The notes: generated from the letters alone by a model not told the origin. A stretch of DNA of 32,011 nucleotides from Nitrososphaeraceae archaeon (GCA_044870765.1 JBIOZG010000004.1:1-32011); one strand, 5' to 3'; counted from the first letter of the stretch, positions 1-9,458 are shown. Program-made: numbers and translations.

Positions 1-117
1 GTAAATCAGCCACCGGGACTTTTGGAGTCTATATTGAATCCTTACGCAAGTCTTGAAAAGAAGATAGACTTGCTGGAAACTAAATTAGATTCATTCATCT
101 CTATGAATAAAGTCTAA
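1..117 (+). CDS. 3' end of a CDS entering from the left (…VNQPPGLLESILNPYASLEKKIDLLETKLDSFISMNKV*), function unknown
   Basis: Frame 1 is open from base 1 to TAA at 115-117; the peptide looks like a natural coiled-coil-type tail. Confidence 0.55.
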   Translation, partial: VNQPPGLLESILNPYASLEKKIDLLETKLDSFISMNKV

Positions 118-196
118 TCGCCTTCAATTACAGGTGAGACACTAAGAGCTAATATTTGGCGGTACCTTCCAACGGTAAGTTAATAAACGCTTCTGT

Positions 197-358
197 TTTT
201 ATGACGACTTTTGTAACCATTAATGCATATCCGGGATTACTTTATGAGGGTTTTATGACGACTTTTGTAACCATTAATGCATATCCGGGATCACTTTATG
301 AGGGTTTTATGACGACTTTTGTAACCATTAATGCATATCCGGGATTACTTTATGACGG
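197..358. repeat. 54-bp tandem repeat, ~3 near-identical copies
   Basis: Unit TTTTATGACGACTTTTGTAACCATTAATGCATATCCGGGATTACTTTATGAGGG starts at 197, 251 and 305; copy 2 has one T>C change; copy 3 diverges in its last few bases. Confidence 0.95.
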
Positions 359-750
359 CTTTTTAGCTAAAATCACAGATTCAACCTTGACATTAAAGCA
401 TCGATTGATAAAAATCCTCGCTCTAATTAAATCAACATGTATGCTGAAGTCTACATCTAACAGCTACACAATTTACAATCTAAATTTTATGGAAAATATT
501 CTAGTTTTTGATAAGTTAATACTTAGTATTCACAGGTCATTATTGTTTGAAAAAAGAATTTTGAGGATTTATTTATTCTAGTCACTTTTTCTATGTTTCA
601 TTTTGTCCGTATGCTTTCAGTGCAGACAGCAGAAGGTTAACTTTTTTCTTGCTCTCGACTTAACTTTAGTATAAATATTTAGCATCCCTCGAATTGATTC
701 TAATAGTTGTATTTTTAGTTAAGTGACAAAATAAAAAAGATTTTAGACGA

Positions 751-1272
751 TTAATTTATTGTGAATACAAATGGTTTCGTAACATTGCCGGGCTGCCCAT
801 TCTCTGTTAGATAATAAACAGTTGCAGTCGCTGGAGTTTTTCCAGCCTTGATTGCTTGATATATTGTGCCAGAAACTGGACCGGCTACTGTAACCTCTTG
901 TCCTGGGTTTAATTCGAATGGTGGCGATGTCGCGGTGCAACCTTGGGTATGTCTTATAACCACATTATTAGACATAAAGAACGCGGTTAAAGGTGAATCG
1001 CAAAGCCCAGCAGGTAACAGTATCTTGCCTGGTGAATTATTAACTACAGTTGATAATATTTCAAATTTGCTGCCAGCTTTTACATTTGCTGGCGAGGGAT
1101 GTGTGTCTATTAGGTCAACTCCAGAGCCTGTTGCATTTGCAGTCGAATTGGTTTTGGAAGATTGGGAGTGCACATAGGGAACTTGGTCCAATGAAAAACT
1201 GAGTATAGCCATAGCTATGAGTGTGACTAATAAGGGTAATTTGATATCCTGTTTTACTTTGCAAGATTGCAT
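751..1272 (-). CDS. Secreted/membrane-anchored hypothetical protein with beta-rich (Ig-like) domain
   Basis: N-terminal hydrophobic signal-like segment, S/T/N linker, beta-rich domain with two Cys. Confidence 0.7.
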   Translation of the reverse strand: MQSCKVKQDIKLPLLVTLIAMAILSFSLDQVPYVHSQSSKTNSTANATGSGVDLIDTHPSPANVKAGSKFEILSTVVNNSPGKILLPAGLCDSPLTAFFMSNNVVIRHTQGCTATSPPFELNPGQEVTVAGPVSGTIYQAIKAGKTPATATVYYLTENGQPGNVTKPFVFTIN

Positions 1273-1368
1273 AAAGCATTATATTTCCTGAACTATTTGT
1301 GCTTATCCCTAGTGTGTCGAGGTGTCTGACTTCATAGAAAGGATAATTCAATAAAGCCAAGTATGATT

Positions 1369-1749
1369 TCAGGGTCTGAGAATTGCTGTCATTATCGTTC
1401 TTCCTATCACCAAAGCAAGAATCGAGAGACCTACGTTTCCAATTAAATTCAATCCAAATAGTGCAAAGTGTTTGGAATCAATTAGACTAACAGATTGAAG
1501 TGCAAATGAAGACATTGTTGTGAATGATCCACAAAACCCTATGGCTATAAAGACAGAATACTTTGGATCGAGATTGAAATACATAGATATAACCACGAAC
1601 ATTCCCAGTATGAAACTTCCAATTACATTTATAATTAGAATATTGATTGGTAACACTCCTAGGAGGGTAGGAGACTCTGCTATCTTATACCTCAAAAATG
1701 CGCCTGCTAGAGCACCTAATCCTAATAACAGAAACTCAATTCCTTTCAT
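1369..1749 (-). CDS. crcB: Fluoride efflux channel Fluc/CrcB
   Basis: GxGALAGAFLRY, NVIGSFILG and GFCGSFTTMSSF motifs, 4 TM; ATG at 1749 chosen because a GGTGG SD-like element lies just upstream. Confidence 0.95.
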   Translation of the reverse strand: MKGIEFLLLGLGALAGAFLRYKIAESPTLLGVLPINILIINVIGSFILGMFVVISMYFNLDPKYSVFIAIGFCGSFTTMSSFALQSVSLIDSKHFALFGLNLIGNVGLSILALVIGRTIMTAILRP

Positions 1750-1775
1750 TTTTGCCCACCATTTTTTATTCATTG

Positions 1776-1836
1776 GTAGGCATTATCAGCATTTAAAAAT
1801 GCGGTTTTGGTATTTCCACGGCTAATGCCATAGCCC
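1776..1836 (-). ncRNA. Fluoride riboswitch (crcB motif) in the crcB leader
   Basis: Minus strand GGCUAUGGCAUUAGCC…AACCGCAUUUUUAAAUGCUGAUAAUGCCUAC: P1 GGCUA/UAGCC, P2 GCAUUU/AAAUGC, pseudoknot GGCAU/AUGCC, conserved AACCGC, GCUGAU and CCUAC; directly upstream of crcB. Confidence 0.93.
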
Positions 1837-1856
1837 GGGTATGTTTTATGACCTTA

Positions 1857-1866
1857 GATATATTAA
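1857..1866 (-). promoter_or_regulatory. Archaeal TATA box for the riboswitch-crcB transcript
   Basis: TTAATATA on minus strand about 25 nt before the first riboswitch G. Confidence 0.6.
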
Positions 1867-1901
1867 TTGTTTACTGATACCTTCGATACTTCAATCGAGG
1901 A

Positions 1902-3122
1902 TCACAACCTTGTGTCAGCAACTTCTGCCTTAGCATATGCTTTCCTTAACCACATTGGAGTAATTAGTGTAGTTACAGCAACCATAATGATGACGGTCGT
2001 GTATATGTTTGATGACAAAACACCCGATGTTACACCAATACCCGCCACTATCAGGCCAACTTCCCCTCTTGATATCATTCCAATACCCACGATCATAGCC
2101 TTAGATTTATCTCTCAAAAATAATAGGGATGGCAATCCGCATCCTAGTAATTTACTGACAATAGCAATGACAATTACAATTGCCGATAAAATCAGGACAT
2201 CGATATTAACTCCGGTAAGATTGACTTGTGCGCCAATTATTGCGAAAAATAAGGGACCAAAAATTATTTCTAATTTATCGACGTATTCTTCGACTCGTTT
2301 GATTATTTTTGTGCTGGCAACGGCCATTCCTACGGAAAATGATCCTACTATAGGCGATAGTCCTACTGCCGCGGCTATTGCTGACGCTCCAAAGAATGAA
2401 GCAGTAACTATACCCTCGACACTACCTCTAGCCTTCCATAATCTTTCTGTGTTTACTATTCTTGGTATTATGATTATGGCCCCCAGGAGTAACCCAGCAA
2501 AGATACCTAGTATTTTTAGAATTAGAATTATAATATCAATAATATTTGGTGCCAGGTTGCCGGTTTGAACCATTGTGACTACAACGGATAAAACTGCAAT
2601 AGCAAGAATATCATCTACTATGGCCGCTCCCAGAATAACTTTGGCTTCTTTTGTCTGCATTTTACCAAATTCTGTTAACACGCTCACTGATATTGCAACA
2701 CTGGTTGCAGTGAGTGCTGTTGCAATGAGAACAGATTCCAAAGCGTCTAATCCATATAAGGTAAACACATAATATCCTAAGAGGAACGGAACAATAACTC
2801 CACATGCACCTATTGTAAAAGACGCCCCTCCTCCCCTCAAGAATTCTTTTGGAGTGATCGCAAGGCCTGCAATGAATAATATGACAATTCCGGAGATTTG
2901 ACCTATTTGCAGAACTGTTTCATTTAAGATGACAAGTGCTTTGCCATCCAATATGGGTATTGAACCAAGAGCGAAAGGACCAACAATGATACCTGCAATC
3001 AATTCGCCTAAAACAGCCGGAAGTCGTAATTTATTGAAAATTTCAGCAAATATTTTTGCCGCAAAAAACAGAACGGCAAGGGAAATTAAAACATGTATTA
3101 TTGCTTCTTGCTCTGCTGCCGA
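1902..3122 (-). CDS. Cation:proton antiporter (CPA2/NapA/Kef-type); start codon apparently disrupted
   Basis: LTATSVAIS, GAAIVDDILAI and GMISRGEVGL motifs; the frame extends 40 codons upstream of the ORF-track start (SAAEQEAIIHVLISLAVLFFAAKIFAEIFNKLRLPAVLGEL) with no ATG/GTG/TTG. Confidence 0.88.
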   Translation of the reverse strand, partial: SAAEQEAIIHVLISLAVLFFAAKIFAEIFNKLRLPAVLGELIAGIIVGPFALGSIPILDGKALVILNETVLQIGQISGIVILFIAGLAITPKEFLRGGGASFTIGACGVIVPFLLGYYVFTLYGLDALESVLIATALTATSVAISVSVLTEFGKMQTKEAKVILGAAIVDDILAIAVLSVVVTMVQTGNLAPNIIDIIILILKILGIFAGLLLGAIIIIPRIVNTERLWKARGSVEGIVTASFFGASAIAAAVGLSPIVGSFSVGMAVASTKIIKRVEEYVDKLEIIFGPLFFAIIGAQVNLTGVNIDVLILSAIVIVIAIVSKLLGCGLPSLLFLRDKSKAMIVGIGMISRGEVGLIVAGIGVTSGVLSSNIYTTVIIMVAVTTLITPMWLRKAYAKAEVADTRL

Positions 3123-3267
3123 TCTTTAACTCTACATATATCATTTAATAAATATATGATTGCATTGATTTTCAAGTTATTTTTGATTTAATTAAAATAT
3201 CCAGAATTCTTACTACTTAGTTTCCTTGTTGAGTTAACGAAAATTAGGGATACATATATAGCGCAAT

Positions 3268-3813
3268 ATGATTAGTTTCGATATGACAAGGACTTATCTG
3301 TTGTATCTAATTGTGGTGGCAGCACTAGCGGTTGGACTTTTATCCGTTTTGTCTATTGAACAAGCATCGGCTCAAATGATGAATCCTAACACAATGATGA
3401 ATCCCCAAATGATGTTTAATGGAAGTTGGGTGAACCCCATGACTAATCAAAGTCAGAATATAACGGGTTCAATCAATTTAGCACCCACATTGTTTAACGC
3501 TATATCACCCCAGATAAAAGTCAGTATAAGTGATGCGGTAAAAAGTGCAGAAACGCAACTAGGCAATAATTCACGTGTTGTAGCGGCGAATCTTGGACAC
3601 GAAAATGGATATTTGACGTATACTGTCTGTGCAATGGATGAAGAAATGAATTTACATAGGGTTATAATAGACGCAGGAAATGGAAAAGTTTTGTTATCGA
3701 CAGTTCTCCCAATGCAGAAATTTATGCTTAGTCATATGATGGGACCTATGTTGGGTCCTAACACGATGGGATCTATGATGAATCCAGGATTTATGGGATC
3801 TATGATGCGATAA
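3268..3813 (+). CDS. Secreted PepSY-domain protein with Met-rich flanks
   Basis: Signal peptide ending ASA; VSISDAVKSA…YTV…VIIDAGNGKVL matches PepSY; MMNP/MGSMM repeats on both sides. Confidence 0.8.
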   Translation: MISFDMTRTYLLYLIVVAALAVGLLSVLSIEQASAQMMNPNTMMNPQMMFNGSWVNPMTNQSQNITGSINLAPTLFNAISPQIKVSISDAVKSAETQLGNNSRVVAANLGHENGYLTYTVCAMDEEMNLHRVIIDAGNGKVLLSTVLPMQKFMLSHMMGPMLGPNTMGSMMNPGFMGSMMR

Positions 3814-3880
3814 ACCCACTCATTTAGTATTCAGTTATTAACTATACACAGAGGCACCCTAAACTCTTAAAATCCTTCCA

Positions 3881-3924
3881 AGTTATCAACCCCGGTGAAT
3901 AGCATAAGGGTTCAAATCCCTCTT
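3881..3924 (+). repeat. tRNA-T-arm-like dispersed hairpin repeat, copy A
   Basis: AGTTATCAACCCC…GCATAAGGGTTCAAATCCC; similar sequences at 6098, 7489, 18211 and 18274. Confidence 0.6.
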
Positions 3925-4024
3925 AAAAATTCTGTAGAATAATATAGATAAAAATGATAGAAGACTATAATAAAATTATTAAATGAATAAAAAACTTTAA
4001 TGTATATAGGGAAGATTTTAACAA

Positions 4025-5959
4025 ATGAAACCTGACTTTCCTTACTATTCTCAGATAGCATCTGCAGCCAGAGCAGTGAGAAGTATGAAGTGGAATTTGG
4101 ATTTTAGCTATTTTAGAAAGTGGATAGTGATTGGTTTTCTATTAGGCGTTGTTGCGGGACTGGGGGCAGTGGCGCTGTTTCTTTCCGTCGAATTTTTTAC
4201 ACGGTTATTCCTTGGATTAGGAGTAGGATATTTGCCTCCGTTGCCAGGCGGATTTCAAAGTAATTTTGTTTATACGCTTTTTATCCAGAAGCCATGGATG
4301 TTGCCTTTGATAACGGGATTAGGAGGTCTTTTGGTTGGATTGATCACTACAAAGTTCTCACCAGAATCTGAAGGACACGGAACGGATGCAGTAATTGATG
4401 CATACCATCACAAAAGTGGTAATATAAGAGGCAGGGTTCCTCTTGTTAAGGGAATTGCCTCATCTATCACTATAGGAAGTGGGGGGAGTGGAGGCACGGA
4501 AGGACCCTCAGGGCAGATTGCAGCCGGCTTTGGATCACTCATAGGTAAATTATTCAAACTGGACGAAGATGAAAGAAGGATTGCAGTTGCGGCTGGTCTT
4601 GGAGCAGGTATCGGAAGCATATTCAAGGTTCCACTAGGAGGTGCCGTCTTTAGTGCTGAGGTTTTCTATAGAAGAGATTTTGAGGTTAGAGCCTTGATAC
4701 CTGGATTGGTAGCTTCCGTAACTGGTTATACTGTCTTCGGTTTCGTTTTTGGATGGGACCGTCTCTTTACCATTCCTCTTGATCTAGTAAAATATACAAA
4801 TCCGATTTCACTACTTCTTTATGCTCTGGTTGGGCTGATCTCCGCAGGAGTCAGTATAGGATATGTAAAGACTTTTTATACGATATCGGATTATTTCAGT
4901 AAAATTCGGATTCCAAAATATCTGAAACCAGCTATTGGAGGTTTGTTAGTAGGAATGATTGGAATAGTATTTCCTCAAATATTGGGAACATCCTATGGAT
5001 GGTTGCAAATAGCGATAAACCAGAATTACACTATTTTACCACTATGGATTATTGGCTCAATAGTTATCTTAAAGATATTGGCAACTTCATTAACATTAGG
5101 TTCAGGTGGAAGCGCCGGTGTCTTTGGACCTTCTATGGTAATAGGAGGTTTTTTAGGAGCATTTATTGGAACAGTTTTCCACTTACTAGGATTATTTACA
5201 TGGGTAGATGTTTCTTCGGTGATCATAGTCTCAATGGTTTCGTTTTTTGGTGCCACTGCAAAGACACCGATATCGTCAATAATAATGGGAAGCGAGTTAA
5301 CAGGAGGCTATGCTCTTTTAGCACCTATGATGTTAGCTACTTTCGTTGCCTACATAATGTCAGGACAGCACAACTCCATATTCCGAAATCAAGTGCTAAA
5401 TAGGTCTGATTCACCTGCCCATAGAATGGAATATCAACTACCCATACTAAGAGATATGTATGTAAAGGATGCTGTTAGAGTTCCTGTCAATAAACTCTCC
5501 AAAGATGTTACAATTGATGAAGCACTACAAATAATGAATCGAAATAATAGCAAAATGATTGCAGTCGTTAATGAAAAGGAGTTGCTTAATGGTGTCGTTT
5601 ACAAACACAGGCTCTATGAGTTTCCTGACGAATATCGCAAGTCTATTAAATTAGAAAGTATTATGATAAAAGATCCATTTTTTGCATATAGCTCTGACTC
5701 GCTTCACAACGCATTAGTTAGACTATCCTCGAACGAGCTTCAAGAAATGCCAGTTTTATCAAATGAAAATAATAAGGTCCTTGGAATCATAACGATAGCA
5801 GATTTAGTAAAACTCTACGATAAAGAGGTAGAAAAGATAGTGAAAGTAAGGAACCCGTCAATTCCGGATATCGGTAATAAAAGAGACGAAATAGACAACA
5901 GTAATGATCGTCATTTAAGAGATAAAACTACAAATAGAGATAGTAATGCTCAAAAATGA
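4025..5959 (+). CDS. CLC-family chloride channel/Cl-/H+ antiporter with two C-terminal CBS domains
   Basis: GHGTD, GTEGP (gating Glu), GVFGP motifs, many TM helices, CBS pair. Confidence 0.93.
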   Translation: MKPDFPYYSQIASAARAVRSMKWNLDFSYFRKWIVIGFLLGVVAGLGAVALFLSVEFFTRLFLGLGVGYLPPLPGGFQSNFVYTLFIQKPWMLPLITGLGGLLVGLITTKFSPESEGHGTDAVIDAYHHKSGNIRGRVPLVKGIASSITIGSGGSGGTEGPSGQIAAGFGSLIGKLFKLDEDERRIAVAAGLGAGIGSIFKVPLGGAVFSAEVFYRRDFEVRALIPGLVASVTGYTVFGFVFGWDRLFTIPLDLVKYTNPISLLLYALVGLISAGVSIGYVKTFYTISDYFSKIRIPKYLKPAIGGLLVGMIGIVFPQILGTSYGWLQIAINQNYTILPLWIIGSIVILKILATSLTLGSGGSAGVFGPSMVIGGFLGAFIGTVFHLLGLFTWVDVSSVIIVSMVSFFGATAKTPISSIIMGSELTGGYALLAPMMLATFVAYIMSGQHNSIFRNQVLNRSDSPAHRMEYQLPILRDMYVKDAVRVPVNKLSKDVTIDEALQIMNRNNSKMIAVVNEKELLNGVVYKHRLYEFPDEYRKSIKLESIMIKDPFFAYSSDSLHNALVRLSSNELQEMPVLSNENNKVLGIITIADLVKLYDKEVEKIVKVRNPSIPDIGNKRDEIDNSNDRHLRDKTTNRDSNAQK

Positions 5960-6097
5960 TAATTAAAACTACAATTCTAATAGCTATGAATAATATAATA
6001 AATCCTAAGGTTCTTGAGGATCCACCAAGTAAATGCGGCGATTATCTAAAATAAATAGAATCATGATTATGTCAGTTAAGGGCTCATTATCCGTCTG

Positions 6098-6144
6098 GGT
6101 TATGAACCCCTCTACTAGCAAGGTTCAAAACCTACCGACTACGA
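6098..6144 (+). repeat. tRNA-T-arm-like dispersed hairpin repeat, copy B
   Basis: GGTTATGAACCCCTCTACTAGCAAGGTTCAAAACCT; TGAACC/GGTTCA inverted arms. Confidence 0.6.
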
Positions 6145-6376
6145 CCTTGTAATAGTTCTCTAATTGGACTAGTGTAAAATTCCACATGGTTCCCACCGAA
6201 CCCGGAGTAACTATAAGTTCAATCTAATGTTACTGCACAAACTTCATATGAAAGTAAAAGAATGGACTTAAAATTTATGTCAAATATGATTCACAAACCT
6301 CCGAGCCAAACAAAATTTAGATACTAAAGATATTTTGTTCTCAAAATTTTAGTAGCTCGGTTTGCTTAGTTTAATC

Positions 6377-7348
6377 ATGGAGTCGGAGATCCGTCGCCTA
6401 AGAGAAGCTGACTTAGGAGAAGCAGATAAGATATTTAGATTATCCTTTGGAACATTTCTTGGATTGCCTGACCCGATGAGTTTCTTCGGCGACACGGACT
6501 ATATAGGGACACGATTTTGGGCGGATCCCTCATTATCTTTGGCTGCAGAAGTAGATGGAAATTTAGTCGGAACAAACTTTATCGCAAACTGGGGTAGTGT
6601 GGGAATTTTTGGGCCACTAACTATCCATCCTGATTTTTGGGACAAGGGAATTGCAAAGCTTTTATTAGATAAGACGATGGATATCTTTAAGCAACTAAAA
6701 ACTAAACACATTGGAATTTTCACCTTCTCCCACAGTTCTAAACATATACATCTTTACCAAAAATACGACTTTTTGCCTAGGTTCCTTACAGCAGTAATGT
6801 CAAAACCCATCAGATCAGAACAGGCAACGAAAGATACTCGCAGGAGGTTAAGTTGGAAAAAATATTCCGACATGCAAAAAGAGAAACCATTGGAGGCTCT
6901 TGGAAACTGTTATTCTCTAACAGATTCGATTTACGGCGGGCTAGATCTCAAGATTGAAATACTATCTGTAGCAAATCAGGAACTTGGAGACACAATTCTC
7001 TTGATTGACAATAAAGATAATAAATTGGTAGGGATAGCGGTATGCCGCTGTGGATCAAAAACCGAAGCTGGAAGTAATACTTGCTATATCAAGTTTGGCT
7101 CAGTGATCTCAAGTGAAGACAGATCTGAATCTGCTAATTTTAATGAACTCATTGATTGTTGTGAACAATTTGCGGCATCTCAAGGATTATCCAAACTTAT
7201 TGGCGGAGTTAACATTGGTAACTTGGCCGCCTACAGGGAAATGATTTCCATGGGGTTTAGGACTGAATTCCAAGGCGTTATGATGACAAAAAACAATGAT
7301 CCAGGATATCATTTAGAGGAAGTTTATGCGATCGATGATTGGAGATAG
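6377..7348 (+). CDS. GNAT family N-acetyltransferase (two-domain)
   Basis: GPLTIHPDFWDKGIAKLLL acetyl-CoA motif A and HLYQKYDF motif B; ATG at 6377 preferred over TTG 6362. Confidence 0.85.
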   Translation: MESEIRRLREADLGEADKIFRLSFGTFLGLPDPMSFFGDTDYIGTRFWADPSLSLAAEVDGNLVGTNFIANWGSVGIFGPLTIHPDFWDKGIAKLLLDKTMDIFKQLKTKHIGIFTFSHSSKHIHLYQKYDFLPRFLTAVMSKPIRSEQATKDTRRRLSWKKYSDMQKEKPLEALGNCYSLTDSIYGGLDLKIEILSVANQELGDTILLIDNKDNKLVGIAVCRCGSKTEAGSNTCYIKFGSVISSEDRSESANFNELIDCCEQFAASQGLSKLIGGVNIGNLAAYREMISMGFRTEFQGVMMTKNNDPGYHLEEVYAIDDWR

Positions 7349-7488
7349 ATTATTAAAAACAGTGAGATAACGGGAATCCTCAAATTAAATCTAACGTATA
7401 CTATCAAATGCATTCACTGGGAACGCTAGATGAGCTTAACACTATGTCGAACAGTTCGGTATTCGTTAGTGGGATAGTATTTGGATTC

Positions 7489-7534
7489 GTAGTAGAACTT
7501 TACTACATGCAAGGTTCGAATCCTGACCGCTTCA
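7489..7534 (+). repeat. tRNA-T-arm-like dispersed repeat, copy C (most tRNA-like)
   Basis: GTAGTAGAACTTTACTACATGCAAGGTTCGAATCCTGACCGCTTCA: canonical GGTTCGAATCC T-loop followed by an acceptor-like 3' strand. Confidence 0.55.
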
Positions 7535-7571
7535 GACCTTATGTGCATGAATAGTTACATAAATAATTATT

Positions 7572-8276
7572 TTATGAATTCTCAACTGATTTTGGATTTA
7601 TTATTCTTCTTAGCTTAAAAGCAACCAACGAAGTGCCAATAAAAGGAGCAGTCCAATATATCCACAAATCCCCTAAATAACCTGATAATAGAGCAGGAGC
7701 TAAAGAGCGAGCAGGATTCATTGAAGCACCGGAGATAAGTCCAAAGAAGAATATATCCAACCCAACTATTCCACCGATTGCAATACCGCTAAAGCCTCTT
7801 AGTCCTTTTGTAAGAACCACTGTACATATAACCGCCATTAAAAGTGCAGATGCCAAAACTTCTATCCCGAAAATGAAAGGAAGAGAAAAGTTATAGTTTG
7901 GAGCATTAGCTCCTAGATTAGCTTCCGTTCCAATGGCATATTTTACAAAAAGACTTGCAATTAAAGCACCTATTATTTCGGCACCAAAATACCATACTAG
8001 CAAATTTTTTCGTAGATGTCCTGTGATTAAGTAACCAATTGTAACAGCAGGATTAAAGTGGGCCATTGAAATCTTACCAAAAAGATAAACACAAATTGCT
8101 ACACCGATAAAAGGAGCAAATGCTATAAACGGAATTCCCAGTATTCCTCCAAGTTTTACGTCAATAACAATAGAACCTGTAGCGAACGTTACTACTATGA
8201 ATGTGCCAACAAGTTCAGCAAAAAATTTTTTTTGAGTTGTTGTTAACTTACTGATGAATCTTGATACTTGCGACAA
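7572..8276 (-). CDS. MIP/aquaporin family channel, probably arsenite-conducting (AqpS-like)
   Basis: HFNPAVT and SMNPARS NPA boxes; last gene of the arsM-arsC operon, overlapping arsC. Confidence 0.9.
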   Translation of the reverse strand: MSQVSRFISKLTTTQKKFFAELVGTFIVVTFATGSIVIDVKLGGILGIPFIAFAPFIGVAICVYLFGKISMAHFNPAVTIGYLITGHLRKNLLVWYFGAEIIGALIASLFVKYAIGTEANLGANAPNYNFSLPFIFGIEVLASALLMAVICTVVLTKGLRGFSGIAIGGIVGLDIFFFGLISGASMNPARSLAPALLSGYLGDLWIYWTAPFIGTSLVAFKLRRIINPKSVENS

Positions 8277-8688
8277 GCTCTTTTACTCGCTGGTCAATTT
8301 CATCTCTTATTTCCCTTATTTTTTCAAAAGATTTACCTTTAGGGTCTTCCAAATTCCAATCTAAAACGTTTGGTAAAAATATTGTTGGACATGATTCCTT
8401 ATCCATGCAACCCATATTCACAGTTTTGAAAGAGTTTCGCATCATATCCTCCGTAATTTCCTTGGATTTTTGATTACTAATATCAATACCAACTTCCTTC
8501 ATGACATCAATTACAACAGGATTGATTTGCGATACTGGCATTGTTCCTCCACTAACAGCTTTGTATCCTTCAGGTGGACTTTTGTTAAAGAAGCCTTCAG
8601 CCATCTGACTTCTAGCAGCGTTTTCCACACACACAAAAAGGATTATCTTTTCTGATTTTAGTTTAGACTTGCCAAGTGACAATTTCAT
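8248..8688 (-). CDS. arsC: Arsenate reductase, thioredoxin-coupled LMW-PTP type
   Basis: CVENAARSQMAE P-loop, resolving pair GCMDKESCP, W-LEDPKG. Confidence 0.92.
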   Translation of the reverse strand: MKLSLGKSKLKSEKIILFVCVENAARSQMAEGFFNKSPPEGYKAVSGGTMPVSQINPVVIDVMKEVGIDISNQKSKEITEDMMRNSFKTVNMGCMDKESCPTIFLPNVLDWNLEDPKGKSFEKIREIRDEIDQRVKELVASIKIHQ

Positions 8689-9458
8689 TTTGTCATCGCT
8701 CCAACAATTATACTTGTTATATTTCTTCCATCAGTCTTGTCTTCATTCATGTATAACTGTTCATTCAGGACTCTTACATTCTGAAATCCGGCTTCCTTTA
8801 TGCTGTTAATGTAATTTTCCTTTGTTAAAGCTCCATCAATGCAACTACACCAATCATCGGCGTTGATTGACTCTCCATGAACTTCTTTGTTTGTTACTAA
8901 ATCTGAAATTATCATTCTCCCTTTACCTTCTTTTTTCAGAATCCGATAAACTTCTTTGAAAGTTTTTACCTTATCAGTAGACAGGTTGATAACACAATTA
9001 CTAATAGCAACGTCCACCGAATTATCGTCAACTGGAATCGTATCTTCTATGTCTCCTTTTCTAAACTCAAGATTGATAAAGCGATTTTCTTTGGCAGCGG
9101 AAGCCGCTTTACGTAGCATCTCGTCAGTAAAGTCTATTCCAATCACCTTTCCACTATCCTTAACTTGTCTTGATGCCAGGAATGCATCTATTCCAGCACC
9201 TGAGCCCAAATCTACCACAATTTCTCCTGTTTTCAAATTAGCATAATTAATTGGAGCACCGCAACCTAGTCCAAGTATAGACGACTTTGGTATAGATTCC
9301 AATGCCTTGCCATCATATCCAATCGCAACCGAAGACAATTCTGGATTGGATTTAGTCGAGTTGCAGCAGTCTGGACCGCAACAACTTTCTGAATTCCCAT
9401 CCAACGCAATTTTGCCATATCGTTGTTTGATTTTTGCCTTCAAGCTTTCTTGTTTCAT
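8685..9458 (-). CDS. arsM: Arsenite S-adenosylmethionine methyltransferase
   Basis: SCCGPDCC, LGLGCGAP, VDLGSGAG (SAM motif I), SNCVINL, WCSCIDGA; 4-bp overlap with arsC. Confidence 0.93.
   Translation of the reverse strand: MKQESLKAKIKQRYGKIALDGNSESCCGPDCCNSTKSNPELSSVAIGYDGKALESIPKSSILGLGCGAPINYANLKTGEIVVDLGSGAGIDAFLASRQVKDSGKVIGIDFTDEMLRKAASAAKENRFINLEFRKGDIEDTIPVDDNSVDVAISNCVINLSTDKVKTFKEVYRILKKEGKGRMIISDLVTNKEVHGESINADDWCSCIDGALTKENYINSIKEAGFQNVRVLNEQLYMNEDKTDGRNITSIIVGAMTK

Noticed and set aside
197-358. Possible CRISPR array
   Set aside because: Units are contiguous and near-identical with no unique spacers; no cas genes
1867-2568. 233-aa plus-strand ORF and similar shadow ORFs (866, 1520, 8956, 13152, 24027, 27496, 29837 etc.)
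   Set aside because: Antisense or out-of-frame to well-supported genes, with no motifs
4025-5959. CLC as a fluoride-specific CLC-F exporter because of nearby crcB
   Set aside because: Lacks the GNNLI/GREGT/GEVTP signatures, and no second riboswitch is seen upstream
7450-7534. Possible intact tRNA gene
   Set aside because: T-loop and D-loop-like words are present, but acceptor, D and anticodon stems do not pair; treated as a repeat remnant
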